From Haplodiscus bocki (lineage: Eukaryota), in the NCBI GenBank assembly GCA_965655095.1, contig OZ296659.1:76074001-76138000 (forward strand): a stretch of DNA of 64,000 nucleotides, written 5' to 3'. This document shows positions 51,524 through 64,000 of the stretch, piece after piece. The position numbers were made by a program, and so were the translations under genes. Under the pieces are notes generated by a model. That model did no database searches, was not told the origin of the DNA, and worked only from the letters and a program-made list of their open reading frames with translations. Each line of letters opens with the position of its first letter. Position 1 is the stretch's first letter.

Positions 51524-53764
51524 GGGGGCAGGACAAAACCGCCGACTTTGAATGAGACAAAACAGCCGATTTTGAAAACGAGACAAAACAGCCGATTTTG
51601 GAAACGGGACAAAACGGCCGATTTCGAAAAAGAGACAAAACCGCCGATTTTGAAGTGGGACAAAACAGCCGATTTCGAAAAAAAGACAAAACCGCCGATT
51701 TTTCTTTTGCTTATATTTAAATTCCAATTAACAAAATTACAAGACGGAAATGAATGAAGACAAACTTCATCAATTTAATAGTTTCTAATTGGTAAATAAG
51801 CGTTGATGAAGTACATGTAATTATCAAAGAGATATAGGCAGTGAAAACTAATAACGCGAATTCCGATCAGACTTTAACACCCGTAAGTGTTAATTGATAG
51901 ATTACTCAAACCACTCTTCGCAAAAACTCAAGTCACTACACTTCATTTCGTTAGCCGATTGCACTTCGCAAAAATGAATTTCACCACTAGCCAAAAAGGT
52001 GCTGAAATTGCCATTCATGAGGGTTACATCTACCAAAGAGGCGGCAAAATTAAAAATGGAGTATCGTGGCGTTGCAATGAGGCCCATTGTAAAGGAAGAA
52101 CAAATATTCTTAAAGACGAAGTTAAAATTGACTACTGATGTTCAAATATCGTTCTGCTATTTTCATTTCTGTCAGTCCCTACTGCGACACGTACAAAACC
52201 AAAGCAAAAAATCGCGGTATGGTGAAACTGAAGATATATATCGGAAATATGTGCGTATGGCTGCTGCCCTTGCTTTCCTGCCGGCCAAAGATGTAATCAA
52301 GGGGTTTAAACTCCTCAAAGACTGTAATGGCGATTCCGATGTATCAGAGTTTTTGGAGTATTTTGAGAAGACCTGCATAGGTGTCCCCAACAAATTAGAA
52401 CCGGCAGACGCGCACTAAGATTCGCAGTTAGTGAATGGAGTGTTTATCAAGCGGTAATGGACAGAAAAAGCAAAATTAATAACAATGCGGAGGTGTGGAA
52501 CAGAATTTTCAACAACGCTGTGAATGTAAAACATCCCAATATCCACAAACTCATCTCCCATTTCAAAGATTCACAGAAAGACGCGGAGTTAAAAGTTGAA
52601 AAAACAAATGCGGGCGAAGACATTTCGCTCAAAAAACGGAAATTGGAGCACATTCATAAACGCGTCGAAGCTCTCGTGTTGAATTATGATACTGGCAAAA
52701 CTGATATCATGAACTTTTTATCAGGAATGGCTCACAATGTTGCTATTTAAATACTTTCATTTGTATAGCTAATCATTTTTAATTTTAAACTCCTGTGTTT
52801 CCTTTCTGTTTTTTTTTGTGTTCTGAAAAAAATTCAGTTTCTTTTATTTTTTTGCTGAAAAAAAAAACAAATTTTGAGCTGAAGGGATATTTGATTTTTT
52901 GTCGTGACGCCTCCTTGCAGCCTCCCGGAGTGCGTCTCAGAACATTATCATGACTGGCTGTACAGTTTAATCCAAGAGACAATGTCTCTTGTGAGATCGG
53001 AAGTACATTTGGACTACGGGCTGGCTAACCCTTTAGAAAAATGTTCAAAGCCGGTGACAAGAAATCAAAGTCCCTTAAAGTTTGCTGTCCTAGTGAGATG
53101 CAAATCGCATCTGATTCCTTTCTGGTGAAGCTCGGAAACATCGTTTTCAAGTTTGGTACGTATGGTAGTTTGTCCAATATGACCTTTGGAAATTACGTAA
53201 GAGTGTCTGGTTAATGACATTCAATTGATTCTTTAATTTTTTCACCTAATTTCGAACGTCTTGAAAAAATTGAATAACTTTGAACCTAATTAAATAGGTC
53301 AAATTTTCACAGTTGTATTTGGAAGCGGTCGAAAAGGCAAGCGGTTGAAAGTGTGAACGGTTGAAATTGCAGCGGTTGAAGTGGCGTAGGACGAAATGAC
53401 ATGTAACTGTCTCATCAGGTACCATACAGCGCAGAGTGAAATCATTTATCACGTAATGTGCGCGCTCTTTGAATTCTTTCAAGATTCAGTTCATTCGCTT
53501 TCTTTACGTTGTGCAATTGAGTTAATTGTTTATTCTTATTGAGCTTTGTTCCGCACTGACAAAATCAGCGATCTTTATTATTACCAATCGGCGATTTTGT
53601 CCCGTTCTAATAAACGGCGGTTTTGTCTCGTTCGCAAAATCGGCGGTTTTGTCTCATTCACAAACTCGTCGATTTTGTCTCGTTTTCAGAATCGGCGATT
53701 TTGTCTCACTTTCAAAATCGGCGGTTTTGTCCCACCTTAAAAACGGCGGTTTTGTCTCGCATCC
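51524..53764 (+). mobile_element. Mutator/MULE DNA transposon, internally deleted, with TIRs built from tandem repeats and a 9-bp TSD
   Basis: TSD caacttcag at 51515-51523 and 53765-53773. Ends GG...CC. Each TIR is about seven 25-26-bp units (gacaaaac.gccgattt) at 51524-51705, inverted at 53585-53764. Confidence 0.93.
51974..52750 (+). pseudogene. MULE transposase remnant (FLYWCH-type N-terminus joined to the post-catalytic MULE region)
   Basis: MNFTTSQKGAEIAIHEGYIY...WRCNEAHCKGR, then a jump to DVQISFCYFHFCQSL, ALAFLP, EFLEYFEKT, NNNAEVWN and HPNIHKLI. The central catalytic region is absent; frameshifts present. Confidence 0.88.
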
Positions 53765-56700
53765 CAACTTCAGTATTAAAGAGCCTGTCCAATCTAAACT
53801 GTCGTCATGAGAGTAAGCAAAAAACACACAGACTCTCTATAAAATCAAACCGAGGAATATGAACCCTGAAAGGAAACAACAGCGTAAGCTAAGACCCAGG
53901 AGAACAAAAAAACAAAATGACTTCTTCTACGCAATGGTTCGGGACACAAACTTTTGCTCCACGTTCCCAGATGAAAATTAAAAAATTGAGATTCCACAAC
54001 AAATTCCATTACTATTCAAAACTGTCTCCAAGATACCTACATTAAAACAACGATGAATTAGACTATTCGCCCAAAAAGATAATGTCAAGCTATTACCAGG
54101 ACGTTTCAATACGCAGAACGCCAAAAAGGTCAAGTCTAAGGCATCACATGTATAGACTGAATAATCAGATATCACTTTTATGGCATCTGCAAGAAAAAAA
54201 GGCAGTGATGCTTCGAAAAAGCACGCATCTCAACGATGAGTTACGACAACAAGGCATCAAAACATTGACAATCTTATCACACGACAAAAAGATGCGCAAC
54301 GACCCACTTTCATGTCGTCGGAAACAAGCGAGAAGGCATTGTATGACTAAAGATTTAATAGCAAAAACTTGACATCGCAGTGAAAACTACCATGTTTCTG
54401 TACGGAACTTCAGACTCAGATGGGCTACACAGAAATTAAAAACGGGCTCGCCGATTCCGAGAAAAAAATTAAATTGCAAACCAGATGTGCTCCAGAATTT
54501 ACATAGGAAATCGGGTAAATAGCACTAACGCTACCTAGAATTACACTAGCTTTGTTTTTAATTCTTATGACATCAGACCCAGCGTTTTTTGCTATTAGCT
54601 CTCTCAGGCGAAAAAAGTCCCCAGATTGAACCAAAAATGGCTACTCGAGGATGATAAAACCATCAATGTTAGAACGCATGCTGTTACAAGTCTGACAATT
54701 AGGAGACTCTTTGGGTTTGAGGATAAATTTTTGTGAAGTCATAAACAATTTTGATGCACAGTTCTGACAATTAATTTCTCACAGAGAATGGATGGCCTGA
54801 CTATAGTACAATTACAATTAGTAGTGATATAGGAGTTAACGAAGAAATAAGAGGATTAGATCAAGATGAAATTGTTGATGTTTCATGAACCAAAGTTTTT
54901 ATAACACCTGTTGAACTTGAAGTATTAGAACTCTTGACTCCTGGCGCACTAATGTACAGTGACAAATTTGATTTCTAAGTGGCAAACAGTTTAGGTCTTC
55001 AAAATCTTCCATTTGGCAGAAGCTCAAGGGATCTCGACAGGTGATAATCATTTTCACAAGCAACATGAACTCTTCCCCTGCATTCACGTTGGGCTACTTG
55101 AAAGGACTTTTCACTAAGAACAAGAGACTCGGTACAAATGTCGCCAAGTCGCCGTATTACCAAAGATTTAATCAGTCTCACAATAATTCTGCCGTTCAAA
55201 ACTGCCGTGTTTATTCTTCAAAAAAGTATAAGGATATGTAATTTGAAAACCTCCAAAGCCACAAGTCTTTCACGCGCCTAAATTCGTAATCCCTGTGAGT
55301 GGTAAAAACGTTGAAACAAAATGCTTCCCAGACAAAAATGACTACTTTGCTGATGCGCAAAATTTTAGCGATGTAGTAAAGCCAAGATTTTGTAGCAATT
55401 CTCTTGTATTTTGATGATTTGATGGCATATTGACCTCGAAAAGCCAGCAATTTTTTAATGGCCGAATGACCAGAAGCCACTTGAGACTGCAAAGCTGAGA
55501 AATGAAGGTAAAATCAGTTTTTTTGAAACAAACCAAAATATCTTGTTCAATGCATTTTGCTAAACAGTTCGCGATTTTGCAAGTTCAGTGAGTCTTAGGT
55601 TTTTATTTTGGAGTTGGTTCAAACTGTCTAGAAAGGACAAAAATCGAGTTTGTGCTAAAGTGCAAACCTTTCTAGTATCCGTCAGTTCCTTTGTTCTATT
55701 TTGTTCGAAGTATACTTTTTGGTGACCCGTGTTGCCGCGTTCTTGATAAAAAAGAGTAGCAAGGGGCGCGCGTTGCAATTTGACGGATATTTGCTCAGGT
55801 TAGACGACTTCAAGATCAAAGCTATCGAGTGCCCGGCTGACCTCTGTCGAAATTTTTTTACAACCTCAATGCGTTTCTCACAACTTTTTCAAAACAAAGT
55901 GTTACCGACACAAGGTTTCCGTTGGTCCTGCAAATTCGTGCAGTTCTTTTAAAAAAAAATCAAAAAAAGTTTTCAATGTAATCCGAAAATTTTCAGAATT
56001 GAGATGCAAAAGAATGAGCAGAAATTTAAAGGTTCAAGAAATCTTGGGAGAACTACTGGGTTCGAGTCAGGGAACTGACGATGATAATTCCATAAAGAAA
56101 AAGCTTAAACCTGAACATAAGAGAAAATCGAGGTCTCAAATACATTGTCTGAACAAACACTTTTGGCAACCTTGGCCGCAGTAAAAACAATCGTCATGAT
56201 TTTGACCATGGTCCAATCACCGCACAGATTCACGACAGCGTCAGTGAGACAAAACTTTCAATTTCGGACGGTTCTGTGATATAAATCAGAAATGAATCGA
56301 AAACCCTAATTAATACGATAGCTTCCACTTCATTCATTACAGTCGGTTTTGAGCTATCGCTTCATAACAATCAGTTTGACATCTTATTCATACACAAATA
56401 AAGTTGTTGAAAGTTAATTCAGAACGGTTTTTAGCACTTGTCTAGTTATAATAGAGCTAGAGCCATTTGCCTCGGTTTTTTCTCGTTCACTGATTGCATA
56501 AAGGTCAAAAAAGAACTTGGAGTCCGTGACCAAAACGTACCATGGTTGAGAAAAGAAAGTATTTATTTGAATCAAAAAAGATGTGGGTTATCGCGTTTCA
56601 AAGAACCCTCAAACCATAGAAAAGACGCTGTTTTATGATCCAGAGCTAACGTAAAATTTGAACTAACCTCGAGAAATTTCGACGATAAATGAAGAGCTCG

Positions 56701-59700
56701 AAAAATTATAGTTCTCAGTTAAATACCCAAAGTGATTAGTGCAGTTTGTTTATTTGCTACTTAAACTTGACTCACGAAATTAACGAGATAACGAAGGAAA
56801 TAATATTTGACTTACCCAGTTTGCTGATGGAACTTGCGACGTTCGTTGGAGTCTAGCGTACGAAGGGCCCTGGCAGGCAGGAAGCGGGGGAAAGATAAAC
56901 TATACAAAGTGACTATAAAACTGATACAGAAGTTCGAGGATAAACAACAGCCGTCACTACGGCGGCAACATGAAATTGATAGACAGCTCAGTATATTTAG
57001 TTGAATTTGCACAATTTGGAAATTATTTTTACAGAAACAAAAATTCTAAATCACCCAGCCCAGCGGGATTTTCCTAAGGGCTTCATGACGACATGCTCGG
57101 TCACGTGAGGTGGTCACTTGACCATACGGGGTATGAATACCAGCACTCAGCCGTATATTTCAGTTGCTCGCTTCCGCACACTTGCCTAATTACCTGAGGC
57201 GAAACTCTTTTACCCTTTACTTTTAATTTACTTCTCTTCCCTTTTTACCTTACCAATTCTTCTTGTTTTTGGAGCAAGCAAAATATTTCTAAGACGATTG
57301 GAAATTGTGTCTGAGCCAAATATCTATACCATCGAATCGAAACTTATCAAAGACATTTCCAACTTGTGTCTTAATTGAAATTCATTTGCATCTTACTGAA
57401 TTTATTCCAAGACAGTTCCAAATTGTGTCTTTGCCAAAATTCATCATCAGCATAAACCCCGCTGGACAACTTAACCAAGCTTCGCTTCTCCGTCAATCAA
57501 CAAGTACCTTCACCCAATTTTGGTTTTCGTCAGTTTTAACTTTGCTCCGTTCCAGTAGAGTTAATCTCACTAGCCTTTTTCTCCTGAGAAATATTTCTCG
57601 TTAAATCGCGAAGGAACTGCCGCGTTCTAGTTAAAAACGGACTAAAGGAAAACCACCAGGTGCCACTTATAGCAAAATTTAACTTAGTTGTAAATAAAAG
57701 CTAAAAGGAACATGTAATCCCTGTCGATACATTGCGAAGGAACTGCCACATTCGATTTAAAAAAGGGACTAAGAGAAAATTAAAAGGTTGGTGCTCAGAG
57801 CGAACCATACTTGAGCAATAGATAAAACCTAAAAATTTTCGACTCCTTCAATCAATCTGGAAGATCTATTCACAGTTGGAAAAAGCGGGAAATCTAAGAT
57901 CTTTTGCCCAGTTGCTATGCTAAGGCAGGTTACTCGGGTTTCAAATAAAAGGCTGAAAAAACTATTCAATCCTAAAAAGTAAAATGCATGTATATTCCTC
58001 GTCAGCGGTTCAAGCTTGACCAAATAAGCACCTAAGAAGCTTGACGTGATCGACTGCTTGTATGGCAAGTTACCAGAGTCTTAGACAAAATTGGACTGAA
58101 TAAGACAAGTAAAACTAAAACTCAAACGTAGGGCAAAACTTGAGCTAGAAAAAATGAATGTAATCATTCTTCCTAGCCAAAGAAAACCAAAAAATTACCT
58201 CAATTTATTAGTTAAGTTTGGTGAATATTTCCATTTTCTTCGGAAAGATTTGTAATTTATTGGTTCCGATTATTATCCTCAATTGTATAATTAATTGAAG
58301 TATTGGATGAATTTATTCTATACTCATTATGTGATGAAAATATTGTGAAGTATTTATTACTGTGCATTTTCCATCCTACTTTAACTCAATTCTACCACAC
58401 AAGCGGAATTTAAATGTGACGTAGGTTAATCCCGCGCCACCTACGCCAATACCCGAAGGCTTATTCTATCTCTTAAAGGCCTCCAAACACGGCGAGCCCT
58501 TCAAGTTGAGTCCGAAGATGACTTGAAATCCAAGAGTTGAACTGATTTAACCGGGCTCGCTTCATACGGGAACTCAACTTACCATAGCCAGTAACCAAAG
58601 CCTAAAGTTGCTCGACGATCATTGTTTGATAAGTCAGAACCCTTTTTTCCCAATTCGAGCCATAAATGATAATAAGGAACTGTTTGAAGTTTTCAGTAAC
58701 ATCTGGCTATTGGACCACATATCCTACACTTCCCCTCATAAACTGGGTAACAGTGGCCCAATCGTTTGAAGAATCAACATGTACGCGATGAGATAACCCG
58801 GAAAAGTTACCGTCGTTTTCATTTGGGGCAACCGGCGAATGTGTCATTTCTTGCTCCGGTAAATGCTTAGAAAAACCTAACGGAATTTCAATTACCATTC
58901 TTGGAATACTTCGTATTTTCTCTCGCAACGGTGGAGATTGAGGAGAGTTTTTTTTCTATTTCATTAATAGCTGAGGAAGGAAATTAATAATACTTTATGC
59001 GTTCGGATTTATTCTGAAGATTGCTGCTGGATATAAATAGTTTGGGTTGCTTAAATCTAGCCACTAGTATTCTCACCCTTCCGATATTTTATCTTATCTT
59101 ATGCACATTTACATTTAATAGATTGACTGCGTTTCCGTATATTCACCAAAAAATTAATCTCTTTTTCTTTACTGTTTCTTAGCTCACCAAGTCTTTGCTA
59201 GTAGAACTTACGCAACTTTGTCCCCGCTGATTAGGAAGCCAAATTTACAAAGCTAATAAGAGTGTAAGCTTTTGAGACTTTCTTACACAATAACGCAGAC
59301 GTATGGCCGCACACACCGTTTAACAATATTAGCTAAAGCGAACAATGGTAAATACAATTGATAAGTAGTTTACCTACACCCCCTGTGCGCGCGACAGGGT
59401 CGTGAAATTTTTCACGTTGCATATCAAACCTCAACAACAATGGTTTTAAATTAACCAGAAGTTGACGGACAAAAGTCCTATGTGGATGAAAAGTTCAGTT
59501 TCGATTTTCCCTGAACCATTGGAAGGAAGATTTTTCGAAAGAGTGCCTTTTTTATGGTGCTTCATGTTATCCACAGTTGTTTATCACAAAGTTTATCATC
59601 GCACTATCATGTAGGAGTTTTTGTATGACTATTTTGTGTGATACGGCAATTAGATTTTGGTCAGCCAGGGCCGAAAACCCGAGATAACAATTGCAGTTTT

Positions 59701-60869
59701 ATGATTGGAGACGTTTTTTCAACTTCAATTCTCCGCGCAAGCTGATATAAGTGCCATTTCGCCCTAATGCCAGTCCCAACAAATTCCGATGGTTTTTTTC
59801 ACAGGTGGGCAAGACCTAGTGAATCCGAGAAGAATTTAGTCGTGGTAGGAGGGTATTTTTTTGGTATGATGTGTCTTGTGGTGGGCATTATACTAGCTAA
59901 TTTTATACACTTAATCAGAAAATGAGGCTTTGTCTCAGACAACTGCCAAAACAACCATTAAAAAACTCATATTTCTATTTAGAGTGACAGGTGGTCAAGT
60001 AATGTTGAAAAGTATGATGCTTTCAATGGATTGTGTTCAATATGAAGATGAACGTGACCCAATGAATCGAGGCGTTGTTTGGGATTGTCCAGTGGGTGTT
60101 CAGGATATTTTTCAAAATATTTTGACAACGTTGTTTCGCGGGATCATAAGTTAGCAGAGTTATATGAGTTTTATTTTAATATTTACATCACATTGAAAAT
60201 GGAAGGAGTAGGTCAAGAAGAAGCGATGTTTTTGAAACATGAACTTTTACTGTTGAAGATATTCCAATAATTGATCGTATGTTTCATGTTAAACACATTC
60301 ATCATATGTGGATTAAAAAATTGATGTAGAATCATCAGTATCGACATCAATTAACGTTGCGCACAGAATTTTAATTCATATTGTTCAAAACATTGGTTGA
60401 TTTTAATGAAAAGAATCATACCAATGACAATGGCGTGAGCTATAAGGAAGATAATGAGCATCAAAGCAACTTGTTGAGAGCTTAAAAACAATATTCAATG
60501 CAAATCATCTAAAGCGACGTCAATTTTGGCTTAAAATGAAACTTTCTGTTGTACTTTCCCTGTAATTTCGGTCTCACGATGAGTGTTAAAAATTGCAAGT
60601 GGCTTTATATCGTGAGGCACAAACTTTGAATCCCAAAATGCAGGTTCACTCAACTTGCTTCACTTTCGTTTTGCTGCTGGTGAAGGATCCGGTTCGTAGA
60701 CTTTGAATTGCTTTTGTTGGGCCGGTTTCAAGAATTACTTTCATTTTCAAATGAAGTGTTTTGCTTTCCACTAAATCAACGAGTTGTCTGGAGTTTCAGA
60801 TTATTATTTAGAGCCATATTGTTTAAAATATGAAGGCAAAATCTTCCTCTCAAATGGAACGTTTTATTT

Positions 60870-61696
60870 GTTTTTCTTCCCGATATCTGCCAATTGCGTT
60901 CACGTTAAAAACGAAATTCTTCCAATTTACTGAACGGGAAAATTTCTTTCACCTGATTGTTGAAAATTTACAGTAGAATGCAAATGGAAGAGTAAGATTT
61001 CTAAATACGTTCGAACTTGGTTTCTTGGAAAAATAGATTGGTTTTTTTTTCGGAAAAAAATCTTTGAATAGTTTCAACATCGCTAAAGGTCGCAAATATG
61101 CTGTAAATGCGTACCAATTGATTGTATCTCCTCAAATTGTCTTTTCCACCCGAATTGTTCCTTTTTTTGGCTGCAAAAAACACCCGAAAAATTTCATTGA
61201 AAAATCGAAAAGAATTAAAAATTAAAAGTTTGCTCAAAATGTTTTTCTGGACATGTGGAATGCCGTTTTGACCACCCTGTCGAGACTTTTTTTGCCAAGA
61301 GTCCAAAAGTTTTCCCTCAAAGTTGAGAAAGAATTAAATTTTTTTTTGAAAAACAATACTTTTCCTTCCTCAAAGTGTTTCTCTGGGTGATAGCAAATCT
61401 GCCGTAGAAAGCAAGTGAAATAAAAAGATTTCTCAATTGCGTACGGATTTTAAAAGATTTGAATTCTTTTGAAATGAGTAATGGTGGCAAATTTGCTGAG
61501 GAAATAGTTTTTGAAATATGTGTTTCTTCCACCTATATTAAGGTTTTGCAAAAACACAGAAATTTTTTGAATTTCAAAAAGTTTAAAAACTGATGAAGTT
61601 TTTTTTTCCAAAAATGACTCTTTTCTCTTTTAGAAAAAGCATTTTCAAAAAAGTTAGAGGGCGCAAAGCATCCCTGTAGTAGCCGGGGGTCTTGGT
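60870..61696 (+). mobile_element. Helitron/Helentron-like repeat, copy 3 (longer, internally repetitive)
   Basis: agtagaatgc..agtaagatttc and aaatttgctg blocks as in copies 1 and 2; ends gtagtagccgggggtcttggt. Confidence 0.55.
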
Positions 61697-63411
61697 GATT
61701 TTCTGTCCAACTTTTTCCAGGGTTTTGAATTTCATCAGTGATCTGCACTTGGGCAGACTAGAAATTTCAGACCAAACCCAAACTTCCAAGACATTTGTCT
61801 ACTCCTGTGCTTGAGTGTGCTGCAAGGGATTAACGATTGTTTCGTTTTTGGTACAAGAAGTCATTACAATAGTGATTTATTTTGTTTTGGTTTTTATCTT
61901 TCGGCTGATGGTCGGAGTAGTTATGGATTATGTGATTATGTCTCATGACAAGCTTAAATAGAGGGCATCACACTGTTGTGGTGAATTATCTAGAGGTTCT
62001 TCTCAGATTGAACTGAGAGAATGGTAAAACTAGTAGGTTTGTTTGGATTTTTGATTGGCAATTTCGGAACATTTGCATGTCTCTTGTTTTTTTTAGTTTT
62101 CGATTTTGTATCGACTAGTTTAATCGATACAGGGTTCAGATTTCGAAATTTTTCGGAACTGAAAAAGTTTTTGCCATCAAATCAGGGTTTTGAAACGTTT
62201 TGCCAATTTTGCACTCACTTTACTTTGCATACTTAAGGAATTATTAAAAATCTGAATCAAATTTTGAAAACTCACTTTCTCATTTTTTTTTTCATTTCAT
62301 GTAAGTTTCAAAAGTGTGCAGATCAGTCTCAATTGATCAAATAAAACTGAGGAAAACAAGGGCTACAGAAGTCGGAGGAATCAATTTATGTTGTGAAGTG
62401 TTGCGTAGTGGTAGTGGATTGTTGTTGGAGATAGTAGTGGAAAGTCTCAAAAGCCACTCTATTCCAAACTAGAAAACTTACCTAAAACTTAAGTCGAGAC
62501 TCCTATTCTAATTTTGCGACTGATGGCTTCCTACACTTCAACAAAGGTCGTCTCAAGCGCGAGTTCGAAAGCAAGGACTTTTACTACCCGGTGAATCAGG
62601 TAAAGAAATCTGATGATGATGAACAGCTAAAATAGGATTCGAAAAAATATCAACTTTTGACTTACATTTGTTAATAAAATCAGAGAGACAAAATATCACA
62701 AAAACTAAAAGGACAAAAATTTGTTAACAAATAAAATCAGGCAAAGTATGATTCATTACGGTAAAATATAAAAATAAAAAAGGTTATGAAAATTATGAAC
62801 ACAAAGACGTCTAAATAAATATTATCGTCAGGAAAGTGAGTCATAAGTTAATCCTACGGTTTTTTGTTAGTCCTTACCTCTTGTTCAAACTGAATTGTCA
62901 ACTAAAGACAGTTTTGGACAAACAGCAAATTGGTAAGTTTGTTTTATGCCCGCAGTATTGCTAAGGTTGTCTGCAATAAGCAAAGACTTAAATATTATGG
63001 TAGAACCATCAGATCCGCAGAATTGCTAAAGACCAGTTCTATCCTTATTTTCAGACCCGCAAGATTGCTAAGGTTATAGAGTCCGCTTTCGGCTAGGACT
63101 ATCTCAGTTGGGAAAAATTTTCAGTTCCTCAATTGAGAGGAACGGCAAATTGCCAAAAGAAAAATCTGAACAAACGCACAAGTTAAAGGAAAAGTCTAAC
63201 TTAAAGTTAGTTACTTTACTGTTTTAATTAACTAAGAACCAGACTTGGTGACTGAAATATTTTATTTTACATTAGAAAGGAAGTTGAAGTCAAATAATAA
63301 GGAGAATATCACAAAAAAAGAAAAGTTAGAAATGAGAACAAAAGTGAATAGATTATTCGAATTACTATCACTGCTCAAAAGCACTGCACTGGGTTCGATC
63401 CGATTTTGCTG

Positions 63412-63652
63412 AAAAATGGCTGAAGTGATTTCACGTATCTTGTGGCATCTGATTTGCGCTATTGGAGAGCGCGGCCAAACCCGCGAATTTCGTCCGCTAT
63501 ATATACTAAATTTCTTTCACTCGGGAGCCAATCAGAACGAGAATAGCACTGGATTGGCTCCGAGTATGACGTCAGGTCACGTGACCAGTCACGTGACTTT
63601 GGAGTTGCCAGTATTCATAATGTTAGTATATACATGACGTCAGATGACGTAA
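63412..63652 (-). promoter_or_regulatory. Dense Pol II promoter-like motif cluster
   Basis: TGACGTCA at 63567 and 63635, TGACGTAA at 63645. GTCACGTGAC twice (63576, 63588). Inverted CCAAT pair ggagccaatc / gattggctcc (63524, 63552). TATATATA at ~63498. YY1-like aaaatggc at ~63413. Confidence 0.5.
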
Positions 63653-64000
63653 TGGTTTCGGGAGTTGATGCTATTGTTTCGGTAGGTGACGTTATTCTCC
63701 ATAAAAGGTAGGTGAGGAGGATAATAGCGGCTGTAGTTTTCAAGAGGTTGTAAACAAATATTGAACATGTTCGAGCTTCCGCAGCGGCAAGTAAAATGGC
63801 AAAGACCAAATATAAATTTTTAAAAGTTTCAAATTTTAATTTTTGAAAGCTATACTTTTTCTTTTTTCTTTGCTGTATGTCGAACACGACAATGTTTTTT
63901 GCCAAAGGTGTGAGGATTTTCAGTGAAAAATTAAGAACATACTGCAAGAATAGGAATTTACACACTTGAAATTTACATTCTGTTAGAATAAAAAATCGTG

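Noticed and set aside
51524-51705. Regular 25-26-bp repeats resembling a CRISPR array
   Set aside because: No unique spacers, mirrored at 53585-53764, and flanked by a 9-bp TSD; these are MULE TIRs in eukaryotic DNA
53780-60800. Many 60-100-aa ORFs
   Set aside because: No recognisable motifs; likely decayed repeats or chance ORFs

Overview
AT-rich, gene-poor, transposon-dense eukaryotic DNA, probably from an invertebrate animal (inferred from the repeat content), with one 200-N assembly gap. No complete host gene is recognisable. The window holds a decayed ~10.3 kb Gypsy LTR retrotransposon with a spliced antisense accessory gene in its 3' region, a decayed Copia element, a second heavily decayed Gypsy interrupted by an internally deleted MULE (9-bp TSD), a 5'-truncated LINE, Helitron/Helentron-like and CACTA-like non-autonomous repeats, and local tandem duplications. 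The most striking item is missing from the ORF track because it runs off the window edge. It is an uninterrupted minus-strand ORF of at least 324 codons (974 to <1). It carries, in the expected order, motifs resembling the non-HUH Rep_trans (pT181 RepC/RepD, MOB_T) rolling-circle initiators: DxDxxxD, KxYNK and RxE. It lies next to a ~152-bp tandem array and nested hairpins, suggesting a possibly undescribed eukaryotic rolling-circle mobile element. All calls were made by eye; no database searches were run.
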